From: Bacteroidia bacterium
GTDB taxonomy: Bacteria > Bacteroidota > Bacteroidia > M30B66
Length of the DNA stretch: 64,000 nt
Reading direction: 5' to 3'
NCBI GenBank assembly: GCA_965279035.1
Contig: OZ257142.1
Span: 2,528,001-2,592,000 of the forward strand
Shown: positions 1 through 7,926 of the stretch, one piece after another
Layout of the letters: each line of letters begins with the position of its first letter
Position numbering within the stretch: the first letter of the stretch is position 1
Notes under the pieces: model-generated
The model's input: only the letters and a program-made list of their open reading frames with translations
The model's database searches: none
Told to the model about the DNA's origin: nothing
Translations under genes and position numbers: made by a program

Positions 1-1
1 A

Positions 2-112
2 CCTTATAGCGAAGAACGTGTATACCAAAAATTGTATGAATATGTATGTTCTTTTTCGGAAGGTGATTGTGCTGCTCGATTAGAAATCTATTCATACGGT
101 GGCAGTCATTAA
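2..112 (+). CDS. 3' end of an upstream gene (partial, unknown product)
   Basis: Open frame from the window edge reading PYSEERVYQKLYEYVCSFSEGDCAARLEIYSYGGSH, stop TAA at 110-112, just before the nuclease gene. Confidence 0.5.
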   Translation, partial: PYSEERVYQKLYEYVCSFSEGDCAARLEIYSYGGSH

Positions 113-134
113 AAACATGTTTCAAAACAGATCG

Positions 135-1406
135 ATGGTTAAACAATTTCAGTTAGTAGTCGCTCTGTTTCTTTTTCTTTCAAGTAATATATTAGCTCAA
201 GTTCCTATTGAGCAACGAATTGATCAATATCAAAGTCAGCTTAAATCCTTACAATCGGATCAAGAAAAATTACTAAAGGAACTTGAAGAACTTAAGTTAG
301 AAAACTTGCGTGCTGATTTAAAAAAGTGGGGATTGCCACAGCTTCAACCGAATGAAGAAATAATTATGCATTCGGCAATGGCTCTGGTTTATAACGAGAA
401 ATATGAACAGGCTTCTTGGGTTGCTCACATCATTTTGCCTGATGTTGTTAGCGGTATGGTTGGTCGAAGCAACGATTTCCGCCCCGATCCTCTTGTAAAA
501 ACAGGTTCAGCTGTTGAACGTGATTATATGATCAAAGACACCTTGGCAGATGGTTCAATTAAATACGATGGATTTGGATACGATCGCGGACATCTAGCAC
601 CATCGGCCGATTTTCGTTGGTCTCAAAAAGCACTTTCCGAAAGTTTTTATTATTCCAATATGTCGCCTCAGGTTGCTGATTTCAACCGAGATAGTTGGGC
701 AAAATTAGAAGATCTTTTTAGAGCTTACGTTCAGGAAAAAAAAGTTCCTCTTTATATTGTAACAGCTCCCTTACTTCGTGAAGGATTGCCTGTAGTTGAA
801 CGCGGTCAAAACCATGTTGCAATTCCTGTTTATTACTACAAGATAGCGCTCGATCCAGCAAACAAACAGGCCATTGCTTTTCTAATGCCCAATAAGAAAT
901 GCGAATATCCTACAGAGCATTATGCAGTGAGTATTGATAGCTTAGAACATTTAACCGGCCGTGATTTTTTCCCAGCACTACCCGATTCATTAGAAAATCG
1001 TTTAGAGCTAATGGATTCGGCAAAACCTTGGATGAAACTGAAGGAAAAAAATGATGAAAAGCCACTCGATCCAACCAGTTTACCTAGAAATCATTTCAAC
1101 ACAGTTCAGGCTAAATTGTACCAAAATCAAAACGAGAAAATTACTGTCTGCGGAACAGTCGTAAGTACAAAATTATCGTCCAAAGGGAATGTGTTTCTAA
1201 ACCTTGATAAAGGTTTTCCAAACCAAATTTTCACTGTTACCATTTTTAAAGATCAACTCGTCAATTTTACTTATCCACCTCAAACTGAGCTTATGGGAAA
1301 AGTTATTTGTGTTGAAGGTAAAGTAGCTGATTTTAATGGCACTCCATCCATGGTTGTTGAAAACGAAAAAGCTATTCGTCTGTATTTATTGGATGATGAA
1401 AATTGA
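135..1406 (+). CDS. Exported DNA/RNA non-specific (His-Me finger, NucA/EndA-type) endonuclease with N-terminal coiled coil and C-terminal OB-fold
   Basis: GYDRGHLAPSAD catalytic motif, SFYYSNMSPQ...FNR..W motif; signal peptide from ATG 135 (ORF track starts at 99); C-terminal ITVCGTVV...VFLNLDKGFPNQIFTVTIF...GKVICVEGKV OB-like domain. Confidence 0.88.
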   Translation: MVKQFQLVVALFLFLSSNILAQVPIEQRIDQYQSQLKSLQSDQEKLLKELEELKLENLRADLKKWGLPQLQPNEEIIMHSAMALVYNEKYEQASWVAHIILPDVVSGMVGRSNDFRPDPLVKTGSAVERDYMIKDTLADGSIKYDGFGYDRGHLAPSADFRWSQKALSESFYYSNMSPQVADFNRDSWAKLEDLFRAYVQEKKVPLYIVTAPLLREGLPVVERGQNHVAIPVYYYKIALDPANKQAIAFLMPNKKCEYPTEHYAVSIDSLEHLTGRDFFPALPDSLENRLELMDSAKPWMKLKEKNDEKPLDPTSLPRNHFNTVQAKLYQNQNEKITVCGTVVSTKLSSKGNVFLNLDKGFPNQIFTVTIFKDQLVNFTYPPQTELMGKVICVEGKVADFNGTPSMVVENEKAIRLYLLDDEN

Positions 1407-1414
1407 ATTCCTTT

Positions 1415-1430
1415 TATGATGAATATCATA
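1415..1430 (+). promoter_or_regulatory. Fnr/Crp-family-like palindrome TATGAT-N4-ATCATA
   Basis: Perfect 6-4-6 inverted repeat resembling the Fnr box TTGAT-N4-ATCAA, upstream of a TAATTTTG -7 element at 1452-1459. Confidence 0.65.
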
Positions 1431-1472
1431 GTCAGCATGCCATTGCTTTCCTAATTTTGAAATAAAAATAAT

Positions 1473-1877
1473 ATGCTACTTCATATCGAAAAAAACATGA
1501 GTCTGGCTGAAGTACAAGCTGCATTCAGTTTGAGTTTTCCTTTCCTTAAAATTGGATTTTTTATCGACTCAAACAAGGACAATACCTTGACTGCGGATGA
1601 GCAAATTAAGAATCTTAAAATGACCATTGGCTCCATTCGAGAAATTGATTCAGATGGAGATTTGAGAATTGAAGGTGCAATGACGCCCAAACAAGTTGAA
1701 TACGCTTTCAAGAATTCATTCGGACTGGACATTCAAATTTTCCGCAAATCAGGAAATACTTGGTTAGTTACTACCAGTACCGATGATCGCAGCTTAAATG
1801 AACAAAATGAAATTGCGCGCGAAATGAGTTCTCCTGCCGAAAGCCCTGAATTGCCCGATTATCAAGACCACGAATAA
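1473..1877 (+). CDS. Conserved hypothetical protein (Bacteroidota)
   Basis: 134-aa ORF with own promoter; motifs FPFLKIGFF and FGLDIQIFRKSGNTW; function unknown. Confidence 0.75.
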   Translation: MLLHIEKNMSLAEVQAAFSLSFPFLKIGFFIDSNKDNTLTADEQIKNLKMTIGSIREIDSDGDLRIEGAMTPKQVEYAFKNSFGLDIQIFRKSGNTWLVTTSTDDRSLNEQNEIAREMSSPAESPELPDYQDHE

Positions 1878-1889
1878 TTGAATAATCGC

Positions 1890-1908
1890 TTTAGGTTATC
1901 CACCTAAA
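1890..1908. terminator. Short hairpin between convergent genes
   Basis: TTTAGGT-TATCC-ACCTAAA inverted repeat. Confidence 0.35.
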
Positions 1909-1926
1909 ATAGTGTTTACTAATATT

Positions 1927-2295
1927 TTAACGAATTTCCTCTATTTTGACTTTGATTAGTCCGTGACGAATCATATCAATTTTTTGGGCTGCGGCTGGAC
2001 TTAAGTCGATTATCCGGTTTGTCCCTTTCATTCCTCGATCGTTCACTTTAACAATGACTGATTGATTGTTTTTCAAATTGGTTACCCGTACACGAGTTCC
2101 AAAGGGCAAGTATTTATGGGCTGCTGTTAAGCTGTCTTTAGAAAATATTTCACCACTGGCTGTTTTGCGTCCATGAAATTTATGAGCATAAAAGCTAGCC
2201 ATTCCAGTTTGTTTGTACAATGTATCCTTTTGTGCATGAGCAGAATAACTCAATATCAAACAAAATAATATCACACTATTCCGGATGAAATGCAT
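1927..2295 (-). CDS. rlpA: Septal ring lytic transglycosylase RlpA family (DPBB domain)
   Basis: G.ASFY...FHGRKTASGE, TAAHKYLPFGT, VKVNDRG, RIIDLS motifs; signal peptide. Confidence 0.92.
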   Translation of the reverse strand: MHFIRNSVILFCLILSYSAHAQKDTLYKQTGMASFYAHKFHGRKTASGEIFSKDSLTAAHKYLPFGTRVRVTNLKNNQSVIVKVNDRGMKGTNRIIDLSPAAAQKIDMIRHGLIKVKIEEIR

Positions 2296-2421
2296 GCGTG
2301 TTTTTTTGTGAAAGTAAGCATTCTGTAATTAATGCTTTTTGAAATTGGGTTTTCAATCAGTACAAAAAACATCCAAACCCAAAATGAGATTGAAAAATTC
2401 CTGTAGTTTGCAGGCTCAATC

Positions 2422-3444
2422 ATGTCAATAAAACCAAGCATTCTAATTACAAGTTCTGCTGGACTTGTTGGAAGTCACACTCTCCTTAATCTTACAAAAA
2501 AGGGGATAGCTGTTCGAGCAATGGTCCGTCAACTTAGTCATTCTAAAAAACGAATTGCTAAAATTTTCGAACTCTATGGTGAAAATTTCGATAGCTTGGA
2601 GCAATACATTGAATTTGTAGAAGCCGATTTGTTGGACATAGGTTCTTTAGAAGATGCTTTAGTAGGAATTGATTCAGTTATCCACTGTGCAGCTATCGTT
2701 CGAAACTTGAAAAATTCAGATTCAAGTATGTCGAAAGTGAATGTAGAAGGAACTGCAAACTTGGTGAATGTATGTCTAGAAAATAAAATCAGCTGGTTTC
2801 TTCATGTAAGCTCTGTTGCTACACTAGGTCCGAATCCTGAAGGTTTAGTGGATGAAGATTTCTTTTTCAAATACAATCCACGACTTTCGAATTATGCAAT
2901 TAGTAAATACAGTGCAGAACAAGAAGTTTGGAGAGCCTATGAAGAAGGTTTACCTGTTGTGATTATTAATCCATCGTTCATCATTGGTCCATCGGATTCA
3001 GAAAACAGCAGTAGTGCTGTATTCAATGCTGCTCGAAAAGGAATTCCTTATTATACCAAGGGCTTGGGAGCTTATGTTGCGGTGGAAGATGTTGCAGAAA
3101 TTATTGCTCAGTTGTATTTGAAAAAGTTTGTTGGAAAACGCTTTATCGTTTCATCCGAAAATTGGGAAAACAAGGATTTCATTAGCGAAATATCGATAGC
3201 CATGAAATCAGAACCGCCTCAAAAAATGCTTAAAGAATGGATGATTTTTCCTGCTTTGATTTTATTTCGTTTGCGAAAATTAATTACTGGTAAATCGTTC
3301 CCATTGAATCGACAAGTAATACGTATGGCTCAAAGTAGAAATGCATATGATAATTCCCGAATTGTAGAATTAACAAAAATCAATTTCACTCCAGTGAAAG
3401 AAGCTATTCATCGTACTTCATTGAACATGCTAAAATTGAATTAG
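2422..3444 (+). CDS. NAD-dependent epimerase/dehydratase (extended SDR)
   Basis: ILITSSAGLVGS (degenerate GxxGxxG), VIHCAA, NVEGT, YAISK catalytic YxxxK. Confidence 0.85.
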   Translation: MSIKPSILITSSAGLVGSHTLLNLTKKGIAVRAMVRQLSHSKKRIAKIFELYGENFDSLEQYIEFVEADLLDIGSLEDALVGIDSVIHCAAIVRNLKNSDSSMSKVNVEGTANLVNVCLENKISWFLHVSSVATLGPNPEGLVDEDFFFKYNPRLSNYAISKYSAEQEVWRAYEEGLPVVIINPSFIIGPSDSENSSSAVFNAARKGIPYYTKGLGAYVAVEDVAEIIAQLYLKKFVGKRFIVSSENWENKDFISEISIAMKSEPPQKMLKEWMIFPALILFRLRKLITGKSFPLNRQVIRMAQSRNAYDNSRIVELTKINFTPVKEAIHRTSLNMLKLN

Positions 3445-4196
3445 AAATATCCTTGTTGCCAGAGACTTAATAAGTCCATTCCAATGGCGATACTGAAATG
3501 AACCAAAATTCCCGGAAGAATGGAGCGTGATCTCAGTGCCATTGTGCCTAATACCAAACCAGCAACGATTGCCCCGATTGTTTCTGGAAATGGTTTTCCA
3601 AAATGAATCATCACATATGGAAGCAATGGTACAAGAACCGCTATGTTTCCTAAGTATTTCTCAAAAGAAAAAAGAATAAATCCTCGAAAGAAATATTCTA
3701 CTGCAACAAATTGAAAGAAATATGCAAGTTCCCATAAAAGTAGCGTTTGTCCGAAATGTTCTCCTTTGGGAATATAAACAAATGGATACGTTTGTTGAAA
3801 TGAATTGAGATAAGAAGCGCCAATTAATGGAAGTATCATAAAGATCAACATGCCACCATAAATCATCCAATGCGATTTTGGTAATTTCCATTGGAAAAGG
3901 GAAGGCTCATCCGGAAAAAGAATTCTTCGAATAAGCATCGGAATCAACAAATAAAACAGAACACAGGAAGCTGCCCAGAAAATTAGTGAATGCAAACTGC
4001 TACTTTCTCCTTCAAAAAAGTATGCTGCAAGCTCTCTTTTCCACGAATCGATGGATTCAGTCCTCCACGATTTGAAAATAGATGCCTTTCCAAAATATTC
4101 TTTGCAAGTCAATAAAACTGCTATACATGCAGTAATGATATAGATTCTGCGATCTTCAGATCGAATTTTAAGTTCCGAAAGGAGGTGTTCATTCAT
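3441..4196 (-). CDS. CPBP (Abi/CAAX) family intramembrane glutamic endopeptidase
   Basis: EYFFRG motif, H in MIHFGKP, C-terminal GILVH; multiple TM segments. Confidence 0.85.
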   Translation of the reverse strand: MNEHLLSELKIRSEDRRIYIITACIAVLLTCKEYFGKASIFKSWRTESIDSWKRELAAYFFEGESSSLHSLIFWAASCVLFYLLIPMLIRRILFPDEPSLFQWKLPKSHWMIYGGMLIFMILPLIGASYLNSFQQTYPFVYIPKGEHFGQTLLLWELAYFFQFVAVEYFFRGFILFSFEKYLGNIAVLVPLLPYVMIHFGKPFPETIGAIVAGLVLGTMALRSRSILPGILVHFSIAIGMDLLSLWQQGYF

Positions 4197-4272
4197 CGCG
4201 CTTAAATTGTAAATAATTCTGTTTATAACTGAATGCCGATGAAAATTTCATTGCAATAGTTTTTTTGCACAT

Positions 4273-5820
4273 TTGAACGCATTGGATGTGAATTTCTTTA
4301 TGTGCGTTCGATTTCCTAAAACAAACTCGTTGAATACTGTTTTTAACCCGTCTTTCTTCCGAAATTTAAAACGGATATTTCTTTTTGTTGCACTGATTTT
4401 GGGCTTCCAATCTGTTGCCCAAGAACTTCAGATTTTATCAGTCGATACATCTCAATATCCCGCCATTCGCCTTTCTATTGCATATAAAGGCAGTACACGT
4501 TTTGATTCTGATCAATTGAATTTGAAGCAAGATGAAAAAAATCTGCCTTTTACTATTCGAGAAAGTGCTCCTGGTTCGGCTCCAGAAAAAGGCAGAGCAG
4601 TTTTCTTTCTCATTGAATCTTCGGGAAACACTTTTGGTAAAGGTCTTATCGATATTCGTGAAGGAATAATTGGTTCGATGGATAACCTCGACACCAAAGA
4701 TCTAATTAACATTGGATGGTTTGGGAGTTATGATGCTGATAGTGTGGGAATGCGCTTATTAAATCCACACTTTACTAATGAACAAGCTAATATTCGTTCA
4801 CTCATTCAATCGAAAATCACTGCAAAAGCTGATTCCTTAAACCGATCAGATCTTTACAAAAACATTATTGCTGGCTTGAATTATATTTCCACAGAGAAAG
4901 ATTTGCCTCAAAACAAATTATTTATTGTCATTTCTTCTGCACGAAATAATAGCTCTTCCCCACTCTCTTCATCTGATTGTATAAGCAAAGCAAAAGAAAT
5001 TGGCGTTCCTATTTATTCAATAACCTATTTGGTCAACGATAGTGCTTATAGTTCGGGAATGATGACAAGAATTTCGGCTCGAACAGGTGGTAAAAACGTA
5101 CAAGCCAGAACTCAAATCGAAATTATCAATGCCATTACAGATTTCTTCAATGCTCCCGTCCCCGTAGCTATGCAGGAATCTTTTTATGACATTTTATTCA
5201 ATGCCAACACCAATACAAATCCTAGTCGAGCTAAAATTGACATCAGCTTTCGAGGCAATCGTCAAATTTTGATTGTAGCCGACCCCAATACAGGTAGCTT
5301 GATTCCATCGGACTATAAAAAATACCTGTGGTATTCGATAGGAATTCTTGGATTGATAGTTCTTTGTATGTTATTAATTAATCTATTTTCACGCAAAGGA
5401 AATCGTGCAAACGAAAGTAATTCAGAGGCTACGGCAGAAACTGAATCAAGTCCATTAGCCGTTAGAAAAAATACCGTGACTATAAGTAACGAGAATATTC
5501 AAGAGCAAACTCCGATTTCAACACCTGAAATTAAACCGATGGGCCCAGTAATCTTGGTAAGTATGAATGGAAGAACAACGCCCCATCCACTTACTAAATC
5601 AGAAACTACCATAGGAAGACACGATACAAACGACATTATCCTCCCCGAACAAATCATTACAGGGAAACATGCTATTATTCGCATGGAAGACAATGTGATA
5701 ACTATCAATGACCTTGGTAGCACAAACGGAACTTTTGTAAATGGAGAACGTATCCGTACAAAAGAACTCAAATCTGGCGATCGTATTCGGATCGGCACCA
5801 TTGAGTTAACGCTAAAGTGA
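4273..5820 (+). CDS. Signal peptide-vWA-like domain-TM-FHA domain protein (start uncertain: 4273/4300/4330)
   Basis: vWA-like strands (VFFLIESSG, KLFIVISSA, GVPIYSITY, ISARTGG), TM helix YLWYSIGILGLIVLCMLLINL, C-terminal FHA (IGR..., TGKHA, DLGSTNGTFVNG). Confidence 0.8.
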   Translation: MNALDVNFFMCVRFPKTNSLNTVFNPSFFRNLKRIFLFVALILGFQSVAQELQILSVDTSQYPAIRLSIAYKGSTRFDSDQLNLKQDEKNLPFTIRESAPGSAPEKGRAVFFLIESSGNTFGKGLIDIREGIIGSMDNLDTKDLINIGWFGSYDADSVGMRLLNPHFTNEQANIRSLIQSKITAKADSLNRSDLYKNIIAGLNYISTEKDLPQNKLFIVISSARNNSSSPLSSSDCISKAKEIGVPIYSITYLVNDSAYSSGMMTRISARTGGKNVQARTQIEIINAITDFFNAPVPVAMQESFYDILFNANTNTNPSRAKIDISFRGNRQILIVADPNTGSLIPSDYKKYLWYSIGILGLIVLCMLLINLFSRKGNRANESNSEATAETESSPLAVRKNTVTISNENIQEQTPISTPEIKPMGPVILVSMNGRTTPHPLTKSETTIGRHDTNDIILPEQIITGKHAIIRMEDNVITINDLGSTNGTFVNGERIRTKELKSGDRIRIGTIELTLK

Positions 5821-5830
5821 AATTCCTAAC

Positions 5831-6673
5831 ATGGTTCAAAAATGTCGCATCGGTCGAAATCAGGAAAACAATCTGGTTCTCAATGATCGAGCGGCTAATG
5901 ATTTCCATGCGGTAATTACAGTGAATGAAGACGGTCTTGTATTATTAGAAGATCTTAACACGCATTACGGAACATATGTCAATGGAAAACGAATTTCAAA
6001 AATTCAATTATTTCCGGGTGATGAAGTTCAAATTGGATTTGCACGAATTGATTGGTTAAGCTTTTCTGGTATCGCAAATCCAATCAACGAAATTGAAATT
6101 CGTCCTAGTTTTTCTGTCCCAATTAAAAAACCGATTAAGAAAGAACTCGAATCCTATAAATCGTCCACCGACGAACGCGTGGGTAATTTATATTCTGGTA
6201 AAGCCTCTGTGGATTTAGCCGATTTCGTTTTAAAAACAGAATCCTTTGCAGATCGAATTGAACGTGAAATTCAAACAAGCGATATTGAAGAAATTAATCA
6301 ATCACACCTTCCAATAGAATCGAAGGAAATTGATACGAACATTTCCCCGATTCCGGATCAAAAAATTGAACTACCAGTTGAGAAGAAATTACACACTGAA
6401 TTTGAAGATCAAAATCTGAGTGTATCGCTTCCCAATATTGAAAATAATCATGTAGAAGTTTCCAATGAGTCAATTTCAAAAGATGAACTTGACCTGCCTA
6501 AAACTTCCGAAAGAATAGTAAAGATTGAGGAGCCGAAGCCCAAAGTAATTATTGCTAAAACACCCGATTTTCCTATAAAAAGAAAATCCAACAATGAATT
6601 TATTCAGGCGATAGTTGTCATTGTAACAACCATATTACTCATTCTAGTTGGATGGTTAATTGGCAGTTTATAA
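5831..6673 (+). CDS. FHA domain protein with acidic linker and C-terminal TM anchor
   Basis: N-terminal IGRNQENNLVL...HA...EDLNTHYGTYVNG; C-terminal hydrophobic helix. Confidence 0.8.
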   Translation: MVQKCRIGRNQENNLVLNDRAANDFHAVITVNEDGLVLLEDLNTHYGTYVNGKRISKIQLFPGDEVQIGFARIDWLSFSGIANPINEIEIRPSFSVPIKKPIKKELESYKSSTDERVGNLYSGKASVDLADFVLKTESFADRIEREIQTSDIEEINQSHLPIESKEIDTNISPIPDQKIELPVEKKLHTEFEDQNLSVSLPNIENNHVEVSNESISKDELDLPKTSERIVKIEEPKPKVIIAKTPDFPIKRKSNNEFIQAIVVIVTTILLILVGWLIGSL

Positions 6674-6675
6674 TC

Positions 6676-7338
6676 TTACTGTTCAGCCATCGAAATAGCT
6701 GAATTCAGGTATTGAATCAAAGGAAACAATTTACGAAATACATCTCCAGCCAATTCAGGAAGTTTGGATGATGAAACTTCTTTATCAGTCAGCGAATGCA
6801 TCACCACATAGCTCTTGTATTTCAATAAATCAATGGCAGGATGATCTTTTTCAAATCCTTTGGGAACAGTCTTTAATTGTTGATTATCGAGACTACCAAA
6901 GGTTTTTACGAAATCTGCTTGATTGATAATTGTTCGTAAATTCTCATGATTGAAGTAGATTTCCTGACGAATCGCATTCAATACAGGAGCTTCAGGCATC
7001 CAAATTCCACCAGCGACAAAAGATGCCCCAGGCTGAATATGTAAATAATATCCTGCCTTGGGCGATTTCTTTCCTCCATCAGTAAATGAAGAACCTATAT
7101 TGTTTTTATAGGGCAATTTATTCGACGAAAATCGCGTATCCCTGAAAATGCGGAATATGCAGTCCTTCGGTGTTAATGGAGCAATTGTAGAATCAAACGA
7201 AGCAATTTTCTGAATAACCGCAGCCGTTAAGTCAACGAGTTCCTTTTTGGATTGCTCATAGTCTTTACGGTGTTTATCGAACCATTCGCGATCATTGTTT
7301 TTGGACAATTCACGCAGAAATTCCAACGAATGTTTCAT
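6676..7338 (-). CDS. DUF2461 (TIGR02453) family protein
   Basis: NNDREWF, IFRIFRDTRFS.NKLPYK, GYYLHIQP, PKGFEKDHP motifs. Confidence 0.9.
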   Translation of the reverse strand: MKHSLEFLRELSKNNDREWFDKHRKDYEQSKKELVDLTAAVIQKIASFDSTIAPLTPKDCIFRIFRDTRFSSNKLPYKNNIGSSFTDGGKKSPKAGYYLHIQPGASFVAGGIWMPEAPVLNAIRQEIYFNHENLRTIINQADFVKTFGSLDNQQLKTVPKGFEKDHPAIDLLKYKSYVVMHSLTDKEVSSSKLPELAGDVFRKLFPLIQYLNSAISMAEQ

Positions 7339-7352
7339 ACTGGTTTAGGCGA

Positions 7353-7790
7353 TCAAAAAGGGAGATCGTTGCTATCGTCGTTCGACTCGAAAAAATTAGG
7401 TGAGTTCGGAGTTGGTGCTTGTTGAAAGTTTTGTCCTGGGGCTGAAAATGCTGGTGCAGGAGCCGATTGTGGTACTTGAAACGAAGGTGCACCTTGCGAT
7501 GGAGCAGCTGAGATTGCTCCGGCTGGATCCAATTTCCAAGCTCTTACTTCGGTATACCAACGCTCGTTGTACTCACGAGATTCCAAATTGAAACTTACTT
7601 TCACATCATCGCCCGGTTGAAAACGACGAAGTTGTTCTGTTTTATCACCCCAAACGGAACAACATATTTTTTTGGGATACTGATCAAAAGTTTCGATCAC
7701 AAATTCTTGTTTAACCCAACCACCATTTCGTGATTCGCCAGTAACCTGTTCCATTACTTTTACAAGCTTACCGTTAATTTCCAATGCCAT
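7353..7790 (-). CDS. DUF3127 family OB-fold (SSB-like) protein
   Basis: WVKQEFVIET..QYPKKI, SREYNERWYT..AWK; low-complexity linker and acidic DDSNDLPF tail. Confidence 0.88.
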   Translation of the reverse strand: MALEINGKLVKVMEQVTGESRNGGWVKQEFVIETFDQYPKKICCSVWGDKTEQLRRFQPGDDVKVSFNLESREYNERWYTEVRAWKLDPAGAISAAPSQGAPSFQVPQSAPAPAFSAPGQNFQQAPTPNSPNFFESNDDSNDLPF

Positions 7791-7926
7791 AAAATGAAAT
7801 TTTGCTCAAAATTAACCATTCAAATTTGCTAAGAGCAGTTTCATTCAGGAAATAGTTTTGAACATTGTTGTGGATTGCCTGAATACTTCTTTCTCCGTAT
7901 TAAATTCGTCCATTCGAACAAACCGT

